A stretch of 63,730 nucleotides of DNA, the filler included, from Octopus bimaculoides (lineage: Eukaryota), in assembly GCF_001194135.2 (NCBI RefSeq). It is 3 parts of 3 records of this genome, joined end to end, with 100 filler letters (N's around TTAATTAATTAA, not from the genome) between each part and the next. Parts side by side here need not be neighbours in the genome. Positions count along the whole stretch, not along the records: positions 31,242 to 56,169 come from NC_069004.1; 2 more parts are not named here. The stretch is one strand, 5' to 3'. This document shows, piece after piece, positions 35,150 to 48,874 of the stretch; positions within the stretch are counted from its first letter, which is position 1, and each line of letters opens with the position of its first letter. Below the pieces are notes generated by a model. It made no database searches. It saw only the letters and a program-made list of their open reading frames with translations, and was not told the DNA's origin. Position numbers and translations under genes: made by a program.

Positions 35150-36136
35150 CTATCGGTGATGAAAAAAAGGGAGATGGCTGTTTTATTGCGGGTAACGTTT
35201 ACACAAAGTGTTCAAAATGTTTATCTGAGAATAGCAAAATAAGTAACAGGATGTTAAGAAGTAATGCAGTACGACCGTTTCAAGCGGCTCCATTTAATTG
35301 ACGAATGTAATCATTACATCAATTTAAATACAGTGCTATCTTTAGCTGCAAGAAATATGGATTTTCAACAGACAAGATATATTGAAATAATTTTTCTTAA
35401 ATATTTTAACAGAGCAAGAGGATGAAAGAATTTCATGTTGTTACTATTGCAGCAAGAATAGCTAAGGGAAGAACAAACTGCAATTTTTAGAGTGGCTAAT
35501 AGGGTTGTAATTAATTTCCAATTTATCTATCGCTTTATCATCAACAAAAAATCTAAGGCTAGAAGATTGTGTATATTTAGCATAAAGAGCAAAGTGAGTT
35601 AACAGCTCATAGCTGGCTGCTGGTCTTAAATTTCATAGTCATAAGTACCCATCAACCCACAAGAAAAAAGAAACTTTACAAAGAGTCAATTAGAAAGTAG
35701 TAAATGTCTATAAAAGATTTTATTCATCTTACATCGAGCTGTACGGACGATCCCGGACTGACTTGGTTCTTCAACTTAAGTACCCAATTCAACTGAATCT
35801 TAATTACTTCTTATATGTGTGTGTATGTGTTTGTGTGTATGTATATATATTTTCTCAGTGTGTACAAATAACAAGGAGAAAATAAATAGCTACCAGGGTA
35901 GCAAAAATTCACACAAGTGCCAAGGATATTATAGCCTACTTATAAAGGTAGAAATTCCAGAGTTAAGGGAAATGTTTTTGTATCACGTCGATAATTTAAG
36001 AAATAGAGTCAAACGCAGGTGTTATTCGTATCATTTCCAACATAATCTCAATGCTTTTTTCGAAACATATGTCGGAAGTATAAATGATTTGAATAACACC
36101 TGCGTTTGACTTAATTTCTTAATCTATCCATATATG

Positions 36137-36167
<31 letters not shown>

Positions 36168-36286
36168 NNNNNNNNNNNNNNNNNNNNNNNNNNNNNNNNN
36201 NNNNNNNNNNNNNNNNNNNNNNNNNNNNNNNNNNNNNNNNNNNNNNNNNNNNNNNNNNNNNNNNNNNNNNNNNNNNNNNNNNNNNN

Positions 36287-36324
<38 letters not shown>

Positions 36325-36436
36325 TAAATAATAAGGATGAAAATTGAATATTAATTTGATTAATATCAATTTAAAACCAGTGGCCTAGCATATTGAAAAA
36401 TCTGAAGATTCAGAAAAATTAAATTACATACATATA

Positions 36437-36574
36437 AGAGGGATGACCACTAAGTGGACATCCATTATTCTAGAAGTAGACTAGCTATGTTCTGACCACT
36501 AAGAAAAGATTGTTAATCTTTTCTTAGTGGTCTACTTCTAACATAATGGATGTCCACTTAGTGGTCATCCCTCT
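36437..36574. mobile_element. 138 bp palindromic MITE flanked by TA
   Basis: TA|AGAGGGATGACCACTAAGTGGACATCC ... GGATGTCCACTTAGTGGTCATCCCTCT|TA, with an inner 18 bp perfect stem. Confidence 0.88.
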
Positions 36575-37243
36575 TATATGTATATGTTATATGTATGTAT
36601 GTATCTGTGTGAGTTTGTCCCCCTCCACCGCCATCGCTTGACAACCGACGTTGGTGTGTTTATGTCCCTGTAACTTTGAGGCTCGGCAAAGAGACCGATC
36701 GAATAAGTGCTTGAGTCGATTTCTTCGATTAACACCCTTTAAGGCGGTGCTCTAGCATGGCTGCAGTCAAATGATTGAAATAAGTGAAAGAATAAAAGAA
36801 TACAGATAGAAAGAGTGAGTGTGTGAGAGAGAGAGAGAGATTACAAGTTAGTAATTGGTCATGATTGATGCAAACACTTTCTCTTTCTTCATATGCACAT
36901 AAAGAAATACGATCACACAGATAGAGAGAGGGAGAGAGAGGCAAAGAGAAAGTGAAATATTAAAATGTCTATTATTTACATTATTTACATTATTTACATT
37001 CGACGGATATTTGTCCTCATCTTGTTTGTTGTTAACACAACATTTCGGCTGAATGTAAATAAATATCTGCCGAATGTAAATAATGTACATAATTCCTCAT
37101 CTCTTAAATATAAAACTGTATTAAAATGTCTGCTGTCAAATAATTCGACGTCGATCAATGACGCCAAATGGGTGGCACCAAAACAGCTGTGCCAAAATGT
37201 CTCATTACCTAGAAGTATTATTATTGCTGTAATAATAACATAC

Positions 37244-37435
37244 CGTCAACTGTATTTCATTGGTTGCTTCTTCAATTGATTTCAAGTCCTCCCGGCAAAT
37301 GTCGCAGGCGTCTTTGAAAATAATCAAATTGGCGTTTCTCGGATTCAGTCCATACTGAACGAGAGACTTCACATCCAGATCATCACTTATCAGAATCCAG
37401 TAATTCCTACTTACCAACATCCAAAGTGACGCCGC
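37244..37435 (-). CDS. IR/iGluR-like exon 5 (AASLWMLVSRNYWILISDDL...NEIQLT)
   Basis: ccgatag / GTATGT; 64 open codons. Confidence 0.82.
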
Positions 37436-38263
37436 CTATCGGATTAAAAAATATGCATTAGTGATTATCTGACGGATATTTTAGTCTGAAGATTATGTAA
37501 ATTTTTTGGGATATTTGTGTATGTGAGACAAATATGTTTTTAAGCATGTTTGTGTGAAAGGGCGATATGTGGGTTTTGAAGGAGCAGGTTTGGTTGTATG
37601 TTTAAGAAGTCAGTTTCAAAACTATGTGGTTTCGGGCTCCGTTCCACTACACAGCAACTTGGGGTCTATCGTCTTCTACTATGACACCGAACGAAACCCA
37701 CCCACCCCATTTGCCCCACAAGAAAAAAAAAGAAAAGAAAAAGAAAGAACAGATACCACAGAATTTAGAAGACCCGACCCCCGGTGAAAAAGGTTACGAA
37801 TGCATGACGGAGAGAATGACGTCACTAAGCGATGGAGAAAGGGGAAAAAGGATTGGACTGAAGGAGAAAAAGGACTTAGGACCTAGAGGCGGCGAGTGGT
37901 GTTACTCAGTGTGGGGTGAGTACCCCACCCTTTATAATATCATTTTCAGATATCATTCATGTTATCATATTTTAATTTGTTTTTCATGTTTATTTTCATG
38001 TGTCATTCATTATATCATATTTTATTTTTATATTTTTGTTATATATCCCCACATGCGTTGTAGTGTCCCCCCTCTGTGTAATGCCTTTATGGCAATTTAA
38101 AAGAAATAAAGAAGATTGCTTCCCAACCACATGGTCCTGGGTTCAGTCCCACTGCGTGTCACCATAGGCAAGTGTCTTGTACTATAGCAGTGGGTTGATC
38201 AAAACCTTTTGAGTGGATTTGGTAGACGGAAAACTGAAAGAAGCCCGTCGTATATAGGTCAGC

Positions 38264-38300
<37 letters not shown>

Positions 38301-38835
38301 TTATTCGTTTATATTTATATAAGGGGCATTACTGCAGAATAATGCCACACACTGGACTTCCCAAAATAAACACATTTAGTACCGAATGCGAGGAAAACAA
38401 CCAACAGAAGAAGACCAACTTTCTTTTAAATAACTCAACTATGTATCGACCGATTTCCTGATAAAATTCTTGTAAAAGAATTTTATCCCTTTTTGAATTT
38501 ATTAATCATATATATATATATGAATGTATGTATGTGTGTATGTATGTACGTATATCTACGTGTGTTTATTTGTGTCTGTGTCTTTGACAACTGATGTTTG
38601 TGTGTTTACGTCCCTTTTACTTAGCGTTTCGGCAAAAGAGGCCCATAGGATAAGTACCAAGCTTTAAAAAATAAGTAATTGGGCCGAATGGTTCGACTAA
38701 AATTTTTCCCGGCGTTGCCTCGGCATGGCCGCAGTCTAATGACTGAAACAAGTAACAGAATAAAGGAATAAAAGAAAAAAATAACTTAAAGGCAAAAACA
38801 AAAAAAAAACTATTTTTTGCTTTCGTTCTTCTTAC

Positions 38836-39032
38836 CTCTTTAATAATGACTTCGAGGGTCTCTTTCTTTAGAATGATGAGGTATCGATTTTCAGAAAAAG
38901 CTTTTTGGTTAATAGAAATAAATGTTCTTCGAATTTTCTCCGTAAAAGAAGAACTGGAATTTATTCGGAAAAGGGCCGATTTAACGTATCTGGATGAAAG
39001 TTCGTTCGTTAACATCAAAACTTCCGTTCCAT
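38836..39032 (-). CDS. IR/iGluR-like exon 4 (GTEVLMLTNELSSRY...RYLIILKKETLEVIIKE)
   Basis: ggtcag / GTAAGA; phase 1/0; open. Confidence 0.82.
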
Positions 39033-40099
39033 CTGACCAACACCAAAAGTAAAACATAAAAACGTCAATTACTATATTTAAGAATAGCGGGTTTCAGCTG
39101 CTGGCTTAAGGGGGGACACTAGCAATCGCTGACAAAATTTCCAGAGACCCACAGGAAAAAAAAAAACACCATCTACCACATAGTTACTTACTTAAGCATT
39201 TCGCTCCCTATGTAGCGTAGGTCGTTGATGAGTTTTTCTCCTGTTTTTGACCCTGGGTTCACTTACCCTGGAGGAAGGACTTACCCAGGTCTTGTTAGTT
39301 TTATATTGATTTCAAATTTTGACACAAGGCCAACAACTTCGGGAGGCAGGGCAAGTCAATTACATCAACCCCAGTGTTCAACTGGTTCTCATTGTATCGA
39401 CCCCGAAAAGATTAAAGGCAAAGTCAACCTCGGCAGAATTTGAACTCAGGACGTAAGGACGAAAGGCTGGGTTTATATTGTCATCGATGCTTCTGAATTT
39501 TGTTTTTGTACAAAGTAATGATGTTGGTCCCACACGATCCCATTTTTTTATCTCTGGGGAGAAATGCTCCGTATTAGTTTGGCCCCTATCCTTTGACCTG
39601 TCCAATATAGAAGACCCTATCAGGAGGGCAAAGATCCCAGAGTCATTGAGGCCCACAAGCCACTATATCGCAACAAAGACTAGACCTTACAGTGGACCTA
39701 CCAAAAATTATAAAAATATTAATTCTTAAGTCTGCCCAATATATGATCATGCATTTGATTGTGTTAATTGTTTTCCATTAAATTGCATTATTTAGAGTTT
39801 AATTAAATTTGTTCTGCTTAATTTTGTATTTAATTCACTTGATTTTATATTCAAGTGGTTCATGAAAATAATTAACTTGGTCCAAGATAAGAAGTCAGTT
39901 AAGAGTCCTGAACTTAGAATTAACTTTGCTTAATACTTTAAGGAGTAGGTTAGAAGAGAAGAGATAAAGAGACTGACTAAATAGTTCATGTAATGACTGC
40001 ATTACAATTTTGCTGTTGTTTAGACTCAAGCTTGACCTCACCGATCTCTGAACATTTTTTTTTACCTTATATTAACGAGTCAAAATGATATTCAGTATG

Positions 40100-40555
40100 T
40101 TATATTGAAAAACCATATTTCATAAAGAACTCGAGAGCCTCCAACGAGTAAATAATTTCTAGGGAAGTTTTTGGAACAGTCCCATCAAGATTCCCGTCTA
40201 CTGTAAACCTAACAGGCCACATACTGCTGCGTGGGACTAATAAGAAATATATATGTCCTGTCATAGAGAGCAGTTGCTCCGCTGATGTGAATATCTCTTC
40301 AAAAAGAAAGAGAAATAAGATAACTACGGACGACTGATTCGAAACCTCCAGTTTCTATATCCAGATTATAAATTCATTATTTATACCAATCATAATTGGT
40401 GCACTTGGTTTTGTGAGTAAATGCCGATGTGACAGCCTGGATAAGCTAGGTCTTTCAGAAGATGAAATCAACCAGCTAATTCGCATACTACAAATACAAT
40501 CTGTAAGCGTAACTGTAAAAATATGTAAAACAATTGCCAAATTTAAAATGTGAAA
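40100..40555 (+). mobile_element. REL-endonuclease (R2/R4/NeSL-type) non-LTR retrotransposon C-terminal fragment
   Basis: Decayed CPVIESSCSADVNIS.K...IPIIIGALGFV...QIQSVSVTVKICKT..F*. Confidence 0.55.
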
Positions 40556-40772
40556 TGGTTTTTGTTAGCTGGAGGTTCGTGTCTTTGTTACAAACTAACT
40601 CCTCACTTAAAGGAAAACTTCAAATAATTAAAAATAGAAGAGAAGATAGATAGATAAGGAAATTGATAGATAGAGAAACAGACGATAGAATGACAGACAG
40701 AATAACTGACAAACAGACAGAGAAAGATATGGATAAGAGGCATTAGAAGTACCAAGAACTACCAAGTCTTAC

Positions 40773-41018
40773 TTATAGATTCATCATAGAATATCTTCAC
40801 GTCTGGCCACTTTAGATGGTGCATGGCATCGGCTAAGCCTTTGAATTTTTGGCTGCTTCCTCCTCCTTTTCTTCCGACTGGGTCTTTAGCTGAACATTTC
40901 TCTTCAGTCAGGAATAACATCACCGCTTCACTGGACACTTTATTCGGTAGGAAGTCAAGCATGTTGCACGATACCAACCAAATAATGAGATCAATGTCTT
41001 CCCTCACGACATCGTGTA
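40773..41018 (-). CDS. IR/iGluR-like exon 3 (HDVVREDIDLIIW...ADAMHHLKWPDVKIFYDESI)
   Basis: tttattag / GTAAGA; 81 open codons. Confidence 0.82.
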
Positions 41019-41680
41019 CTAATAAAGAAAATAGTAATAGATATGAAATATGGCATTTATATATACATACACACTCACACGCATACACACCCTCACACAC
41101 ACCCTCACAGATATATATATGTATATATATATATATATATATATNNNNNNNNNNNNNNNNNNNNNNNNNNNNNNNNNNNNNNNNNNNNNNNNNNNNNNNN
41201 NNNNNNNNNNNNNNNNNNNNNNNNNNNNNNNNNNNNNNNNNNNNNNNNNNNNNNNNNNNNNNNNNNNNNNNNNNNNNNNNNNNNNNNNNNNNNNNNNNNN
41301 NNNNNNNNNNNNNNNNNNNNNNNNNNNNNNNNNNNNNNNNNNNNNNNNNNNNNNNNNNNNNNNNNNNNNNNNNNNNNNNNNNNNNNNNNNNNNNNNNNNN
41401 NNNNNNNNNNNNNNNNNNNNNNNNNNNNNNNNNNNNNNNNNNNNNNNNNNNNNNNNNNNNNNNNNNNNNNNNNNNNNNNNNNNNNNNNNNNNNNNNNNNN
41501 NNNNNNNNNNNNNNNNNNNNNNNNNNNNNNNNNNNNATATATACTGTGCAAAAGACAACGCGTGCGTTCTGTCGTGAAACATAGGGTAAAAAATCAGATA
41601 TTAATTAATATCGATTTATTACCAGGAAGCTAGCACATTTATAATATATATATAAATATATACATAAAATATATAGCTAC

Positions 41681-41818
41681 CTAAGCCATCCAAAAATACT
41701 GGGTCCATTGAGCTGACATTATACATCTCAAATGTTACTCTCATGTTGATTCTATGGCATATGTATTCCTTCAGGTCAATCAGTCCATCATGGTATTTAC
41801 TGTGTTCTATTACGGCGG
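41681..41818 (-). CDS. IR/iGluR-like exon 2 (AVIEHSKYHDGLIDLKEY...MDPVFLDGL)
   Basis: cttttcag / GTAGCT; phase 1/1; open. Confidence 0.75.
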
Positions 41819-42093
41819 CTGAAAAGTTACAAAGTATAACATACCATGTTAATTTTTACTTAGCAAGACAATAAAATGATTTACAAACATCTTTATTATT
41901 ATTGTTGCTGTTGTTGCTGTTGTTGTTATTGTTGTTGTTAAGGCAGCGAACTGGCATCATTGCTAGTACGCCGGATAAAATGCTTTTCCTATATTTTGTC
42001 CGTCCTTATTATCTGAGTTCAAATTCTGCCAAGGTCCACAGTGACTTTCATACATATACCTGTAGACACACACATATATCTACATATACATAT

Positions 42094-42127
<34 letters not shown>

Positions 42128-43169
42128 ATATATATATATATANNNNNNNNNNNNNNNNNNNNNNNNNNNNNNNNNNNNNNNNNNNNNNNNNNNNNNNNNN
42201 NNNNNNNNNNNNNNNNNNNNNNNNNNNNNNNNNNNNNNNNNNNNNNNNNNNNNNNNNNNNNNNNNNNNNNNNNNNNNNNNNNNNNNNNNNNNNNNNNNNN
42301 NNNNNNNNNNNNNNNNNNNNNNNNNNNNNNNNNNNNNNNNNNNNNNNNNNNNNNNNNNNNNNNNNNNNNNNNNNNNNNNNNNNNNNNNNNNNNNNNNNNN
42401 NNNNNNNNNNNNNNNNNNNNNNNNNNNNNNNNNNNNNNNNNNNNNNNNNNNNNNNNNNNNNNNNNNNNNNNNNNNNNNNNNNNNNNNNNNNNNNNNNNNN
42501 NNNNNNNNNNNNNNNNNNNNNNNNNNNNNNNNNNNNNNNNNNNNNNNNNNNNNNNNNNNNNNNNNNNNNNNNNNNNNNNNNNNNNNNNNNNNNNNNNNNN
42601 NNNNNNNNNNNNNNNNNNNNNNNNNNNNNNNNNNNNNNNNNNNNNNNNNNNNNNNNNNNNNNNNNNNNNNNNNNNNNNNNNNNNNNNNNNNNNNNNNNNN
42701 NNNNNNNNNNNNNNNNNNNNNNNNNNNNNNNNNNNNNNNNNNNNNNNNNNNNNNNNNNNNNNNNNNNNNNNNNNNNNNNNNNNNNNNNNNNNNNNNNNNN
42801 NNNNNNNNNNNNNNNNNNNNNNNNNNNNNNNNNNNNNNATATATATATATATATACACGCATACATATACACATGTATGTGTGTATATATGTGCGTGTGT
42901 ATGTGCATCAGTGCGTGTTTGTGTGTGCGTGTTAAGATTGATGAAGGGAACGTACATGCATAAAGAAGGGGATTTGTACATATAAATATAAAGCTATAGA
43001 TATATACGTGTACACAAACATACGTACAGACATCCATATAAACATGCATACATGCAAACATACATACATACATAAATAAACGCATACATACATGCGTACG
43101 TACGTACACATAGAAAGCAAGCAAAAATGCAAAGTGGAATGGAGGAAAAAGTCGATGAACATATTATCA

Positions 43170-43245
43170 ATATAATCATTACTTATTATGACGCTTCACA
43201 TCACATCATCATCGTTATCATCACTATCCTCACCAACATCATCAA

Positions 43246-43289
<44 letters not shown>

Positions 43290-43410
43290 ACATTACCATT
43301 ATAATCATCATCATCATCATCACCATTGACAGCGTCATAATCCTCACCACATCATCTCATCATCATCATCATCATTTTCATCATCATCATCAAAATCATA
43401 GTCGCCGTGG

Positions 43411-43454
<44 letters not shown>

Positions 43455-43772
43455 TTCATCATCACCATCATCATCGTCTTCATCATCACCATCACTATCA
43501 CGGCAGCCATCCATCACTATCATCATTTACATCATTATCGCCAAGATCATCATCATGATTATCATCATCATCATCATCACCATCGTCAACAACAACAACA
43601 ACAGCAACAACAACATCACTTGTATTGTTTTTATTGTAAGCGGTATTTCGCCAGCGTCGTTCAGTTATTTTTTTTGTGTTACTTTTCTTATTCTTTTCTT
43701 CTTTTATTTTATTTTGTCCTTCATTACATATGACGAGTTCTGTAACTGTTAAGTGTTATTATTGGTCTTGTA

Positions 43773-43823
<51 letters not shown>

Positions 43824-43900
43824 GTTATTGCTGTTGTTGTTTTCTTTTATTGATATTAACGTTGTTGTTATTGTTATTGTCTTCGTTATCGCTGTCTTCG
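43170..43900. repeat. Compound (CAT)n/(CAA)n/(TAT)n/(TGT)n microsatellite block
   Basis: Seen directly. Confidence 0.95.
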
Positions 43901-44375
43901 TTATAACTGTTGTTGCTTTCACAGCTGTAGATATCGATTTAAGACATATCCGTCTGCTTGTTTACCTGTCTGTATGACTGTCTGATTGGCTGGCTAGATG
44001 ACTGACTGGCTGGCTGGCTGGTTGGCTGGTGGTCTGTCTACCTGTCTGGTGGTCTGTCTGTCTTTGTTCTTCTTTCTTTCCTTATTCTTTTGTACCCCGT
44101 CTTATTGAAGATTGCTTGTGGCATTCTCTTTACGTTAATTTAGACTGTAAAGCCGTTGAAAGTAGGTTTAAGAATTGTTTGTATAATTACTGAAGAAGAT
44201 TGGAGATTGTGTATATGCACATAATATATATATATGCATATGTATATATGAACATATATATGCTCGTATATATGTTCATTAGAATTATATATACACAGTA
44301 TATGTACACATATATGTCCATATATGTCATATGTACATAATATACATGTATATATGAATTTAAGTGTGCGTGTAC

Positions 44376-44452
<77 letters not shown>

Positions 44453-44589
44453 NNNNNNNNNNNNNNNNNNNNNNNNNNNNNNNNNNNNNNNNNNNNNNNN
44501 NNNNNNNNNNNNNNNNNNNNNNNNNNNNNNNNNNNNNNNNNNNNNNNNNNNNNNNNNNNNNNNNNNNNNNNNNNNNNNNTATCTATGTA

Positions 44590-45000
44590 TATGTAAGTCA
44601 CTTACAGCAGATGTATACATCAACCAACTGGATGTAATGATGAATGAACTTGTAATTAAACAACTGAGATTGGTCAAAAGAGACCGGCCAATTCTCTTGC
44701 AAGACAATGCTCGACCACATGTTGCACAAAGAACGCTACTCAGGTAACAGGAACTGAACTTGGAAGAACTCTGTCATCCACCACATTCGCCAGACCTTGC
44801 ACTAACTAGCTATCACGTTTTCCAGGTATTAGAAAACGTGAAGCTCAGTTAGAAACGTGATTTGCAATGAAAAAACTCAAATCTGAAGATGCAAAAACAG
44901 CCTTTCGTGTTTTCATCACCTCTTGTTCTCCAGAATTCTTCGCTGCCGGCATAAATAAGCTAACGAGAAAATGGCAAAACTATATGCACGCCAAACTATA
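44590..45000 (+). mobile_element. Mariner transposase 3' fragment
   Basis: TADVYINQL...PILLQDNARPHVA...HPPHSPDLA...EFFAAGINKLTRKWQ. Confidence 0.88.
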
Positions 45001-45192
45001 TAAGCGCATCTGAACACCCACATAAAAATATATACTTGCACACGCCGCCCCTTCATATATGTGTGTATGAGTATGTATATATATGTATTGATGGACAGAT
45101 AGATATATGTATGTATGTATGTATATATATGTATGTACGTATGTATGTATGTATGCATGCATGCATGCATGTATGTATGTATGTATGTGTAT

Positions 45193-45224
<32 letters not shown>

Positions 45225-46611
45225 TGCACACACAGACATACATACACAGGCATACACACACACGCACAAACACACACAAAGACACAAACACATACGCAAA
45301 AACACACACAAACGCACACATACACACGCATATATTATTTCTTCTATGTATTTATTCTTTCACTTGTTTCAGTCATTAAACTGCAACCATGCTGGAGCAA
45401 CGACTAGAAAAATTTATATTGTTTTAAAGCCTATCGCTCTCTTTTGCCGAATCGCTAATAAGAAATGACAGAAACAGAAAATGGAATTCTCTAGATTCTT
45501 TATTAATCACAACGATCGTTTCGGCCCATCTTACATCGCTCCGTCGCTGCTAAGACACTATACAGCTGGTTATGATGCATCCTTCGGTGTAGATGTGTCT
45601 CGCCAGGCGACTTTTCAAAAGGTACCTCGCTCAATAAATACGGTTTCGTTTGGTTCTATTTTTTAGCATGTCGTTATTTGCCTGTACGTTGTTCCCTATA
45701 GGCTTCGGTGGCTGCCTGGTGAGAAGCTTGCTTCCCAACTACATGGTTCGGGTTCAGTTAGACTGGATAACACCAAGGGCAGCTGCCTTCGACTATAGTC
45801 TCAAGCAGACCAAAGCCTTCTGAGTGGATTTGGTAGACAGAAACTGAAAAAAGCCCGTCGTATATATATATATATATATNNNNNNNNNNNNNNNNNNNNN
45901 NNNNNNNNNNNNNNNNNNNNNNNNNNNNNNNNNNNNNNNNNNNNNNNNNNNNNNNNNNNNNNNNNNNNNNNNNNNNNNNNNNNNNNNNNNNNNNNNNNNN
46001 NNNNNNNNNNNNNNNNNNNNNNNNNNNNNNNNNNNNNNNNNNNNNNNNNNNNNNNNNNNNNNNNNNNNNNNNNNNNNNNNNNNNNNNNNNNNNNNNNNNN
46101 NNNNNNNNNNNNNNNNNNNNNNNNNNNNNNNNNNNNNNNNNNNNNNNNNNNNNNNNNNNNNNNNNNNNNNNNNNNNNNNNNNNNNNNNNNNNNNNNNNNN
46201 NNNNNNNNNNNNNNNNNNNNNNNNNNNNNNNNNNNNNNNNNNNNNNNNNNNNNNNNNNNNNNNNNNNNNNNNNNNNNNNNNNNNNNNNNNNNNNNNNNNN
46301 NNNNNNNNNNNNNNNNNNNNNNNNNNNNNNNNNNNNNNNNNNNNNNNNNNNNNNNNNNNNNNNNNNNNNNNNNNNNNNNNNNNNNNNNNNNNNNNNNNNN
46401 NNNNNNNNNNNNNNNNNNNNNNNNNNNNNNNNNNNNNNNNNNNNNNNNNNNNNNNNNNNNNNNNNNNNNNNNNNNNNNNNNNNNNNNNNNNNNNNNNNNN
46501 NNNNNNNNNNNNNNNNNNNNNNNNNNNNNNNNNNNNNNNNNNNNNNNNNNNNNNNNNNNNNNNNNNNNNNNNNNNNNNNNNNNNNNNNNNNNNTATATAA
46601 GCAATGTTAAT

Positions 46612-46647
<36 letters not shown>

Positions 46648-46860
46648 CTAGCAGAGATACCGGGCCTTGGTAGGGATTCAAACGGTGACTGGAAAGTGTG
46701 ACCGAAGATATTTGCAATGATAGACAGGGAGACAGGATACTAAAATAGTCTCAATGTCATCAATGCGTAGAATGCAAATGAATGAGTCAGCAAAAAAAGG
46801 GTAGATGGAGAAATTATATTCAGTTTCGTATTCTGCAACAAGCAGAAATAATGATCAAAT
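46648..46860 (-). mobile_element. Possible Helitron 3' end
   Basis: Plus-strand A-CTAG followed by a GC-rich imperfect hairpin (ataccgggccttggtaggg). Confidence 0.35.
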
Positions 46861-46899
46861 AGAAAGTCGGTCAAGCAGCCTGTAAGCAAAACATTCATT

Positions 46900-47270
46900 C
46901 GAATTGTGACATTTGTCAAGATTTCTGATCGATAATGTGCAGAGATGATGAGTAGAATAAGTAAGCATTGAGCGTGGTTTGAAATCTATGTAAACAGGTT
47001 ATTTTGTCAACAGATGATTTTTTAATCTTTATTGTGTTGGCTGGCGCCTGTAATTTGCTTAGTTGTGGCAAATACATTGCCAATTGGCGATAAAATTTGA
47101 TAATTGTGTGTCCAATACAACAGTTAGAGTCATGAAGTTTGCAGTTGTTATGTTGGGTACACACTTTTGTAAAATACTTTGTTTTTCTGAAATTTGTTCA
47201 GTGATTTACAAGTTTGCGTGCTTGTAGAGTTGTAGTGTATTCTTGAAGAGGATTTTTCTGCTATTACAAA
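46900..47270 (-). mobile_element. Decayed Penelope-like RT fragment
   Basis: FYKSVYPT...CIGHTIIKFYRQLAMYL resembles PLE RT (LYPTG..S.IGT.TY.LAKYL); multiple stops. Confidence 0.4.
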
Positions 47271-47367
47271 GGGTATTCAAATTCATTTATACCATAAAGC
47301 TATAATACTGGACCCTGTCAAAATATTACATTAAAGCACTCATTCAAAAATACATGAACATATATAT

Positions 47368-47780
47368 AGGCGAAGTGTGGATGTGTGGTAAGGAGATTGC
47401 TTCCTAACCACATGGTTCTGGGTTCAGTCCCATTGCAAGGCACCTTGCGCAGGTGTCTTCTACTAATAACCTCGGGGCGACCAAAGCCTTTTGAGTGGAT
47501 TTGGTAGACGGAAACTGAGAGAAACCCGTCGTATATGTACGTATGTGCATGTGTGTGTGCGTGCGTGTGTGTGTGTGTGTTAGTGATTGTTCTCCACCAC
47601 GGTTTGACAACCGGTGTTAGTGTGTTCACGTCCCCGTTACTTAGCGATTCAGCAAAAGCCGCCGATAGAATAAGTATGGAGTTTTACAAAAAATAAGTAC
47701 TGGGATCGATTCGTTCGACTAAAATTTTTCAAGACGGTGCTCCAGCATGGCCACAGTCTAATGACTGAAACAAGTAAAAA
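47368..47780 (+). mobile_element. Full-length family B SINE (CpG-retaining copy)
   Basis: ggcgaagtgtggatgtgtggtaag head, ggtagacggaaactg, cgtccccgttacttagcg, tail. Confidence 0.85.
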
Positions 47781-48874
47781 GATGAAATATATTAAATTTA
47801 CGAGACTCTAAAAGGGATATAAAAGTTGTAAAGGATAATGGTTGAAGGGAAAACATGGTAGGGAAAGCCACGGTTGAGGTTTGATGTTTTGAGCAGGAAA
47901 ACATATTGGAGGAAGTGGATAGTGGATAGACTGGGCGTAGGATGGACCGAGAATGGATTAAGAGAAAAAGGAGAATTAATAAGTCGGCAGAGTCTGATTG
48001 GAGGTGCTACGAGAGACATTGTGAGGAAAGAACTGTTACGTTTGTAAATATCGATTAGAGTGAATCAGTGAGAAACATAACGACATAACGACAATTGGTT
48101 GAAGTAGTTCAACTCCATCGGTTTCCGTCTACCAAATCCACTCACAAGGATTTGGTCGGCCCTACGCTATAGTAGAAGACGCATTCCCACGGTGCCACGC
48201 AAATAGATGGCCGCACTTTGGATCACTCGGGTAAATTGTTTTATGGTCTGTATTCTATAAGCCACATCTCTCAAGGACTCTGACGTTTGGGAGGAGGAGA
48301 AACAGATTAGCGTCAAATGCAATGTATTTGATGCGCAGATTCCTTACAGTTTCTGTCAACTTAATTTCACTGACAAAACATCGGTCGACTCGAAGTTATA
48401 AATAATTGTCCTAGGACAGATGGACCGAACTATGCCTTTAGAACACTGAATAAAAATAAATATTCGACCGGTGACACATCGATGCATTTATAATTAAGGC
48501 ATGATTTAGTATAAAGACTTCTACGAAGTCTTAATATTTTATACTTTATACTTTATAAATAACGTAGAGACGTCATCTGCATGAAAAGTAATAGCAAAGT
48601 TAGTGTCATAATATTTAACGGTAAGAGCTTTATGTATTAAATCAGAAATAATTGACCGGCGAGGGAGAAAAATACAGTAGCTCAATGGTTAATATTGATT
48701 TAACCATTTTTAAAATTACGAAAGACAACTCTGGGTGTGTTTTAGTTTTAGACCTTATCAGCGAAGCATGCAATTTAATAAAGACGTAATGAGAGTATCA
48801 CTTATTAGATATTCAATATTGTATAGCAGTAGAGTAATTTCACTTTTGTGGTTTATTTCATATAAATATCTTAC

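Noticed and set aside
39378-39729. Overlapping 83-92 aa ORFs
   Set aside because: No recognisable motif or compatible splice sites; partly SINE-derived.
43127-43906. Poly-His / poly-Ile / poly-Asp ORFs
   Set aside because: Translations of (CAT)n and (TAT)n microsatellites; no splice or complexity support.
45530-45690. Possible exon with a GTAAGA donor
   Set aside because: No acceptor gives the required phase 1/1 open frame, and exon 41681-41818 already bridges exons 1 and 3.
46900-47310. Extra receptor exon after the acceptor-like tgacag at ~47315
   Set aside because: All three frames close quickly; the text better matches a decayed Penelope-like RT.
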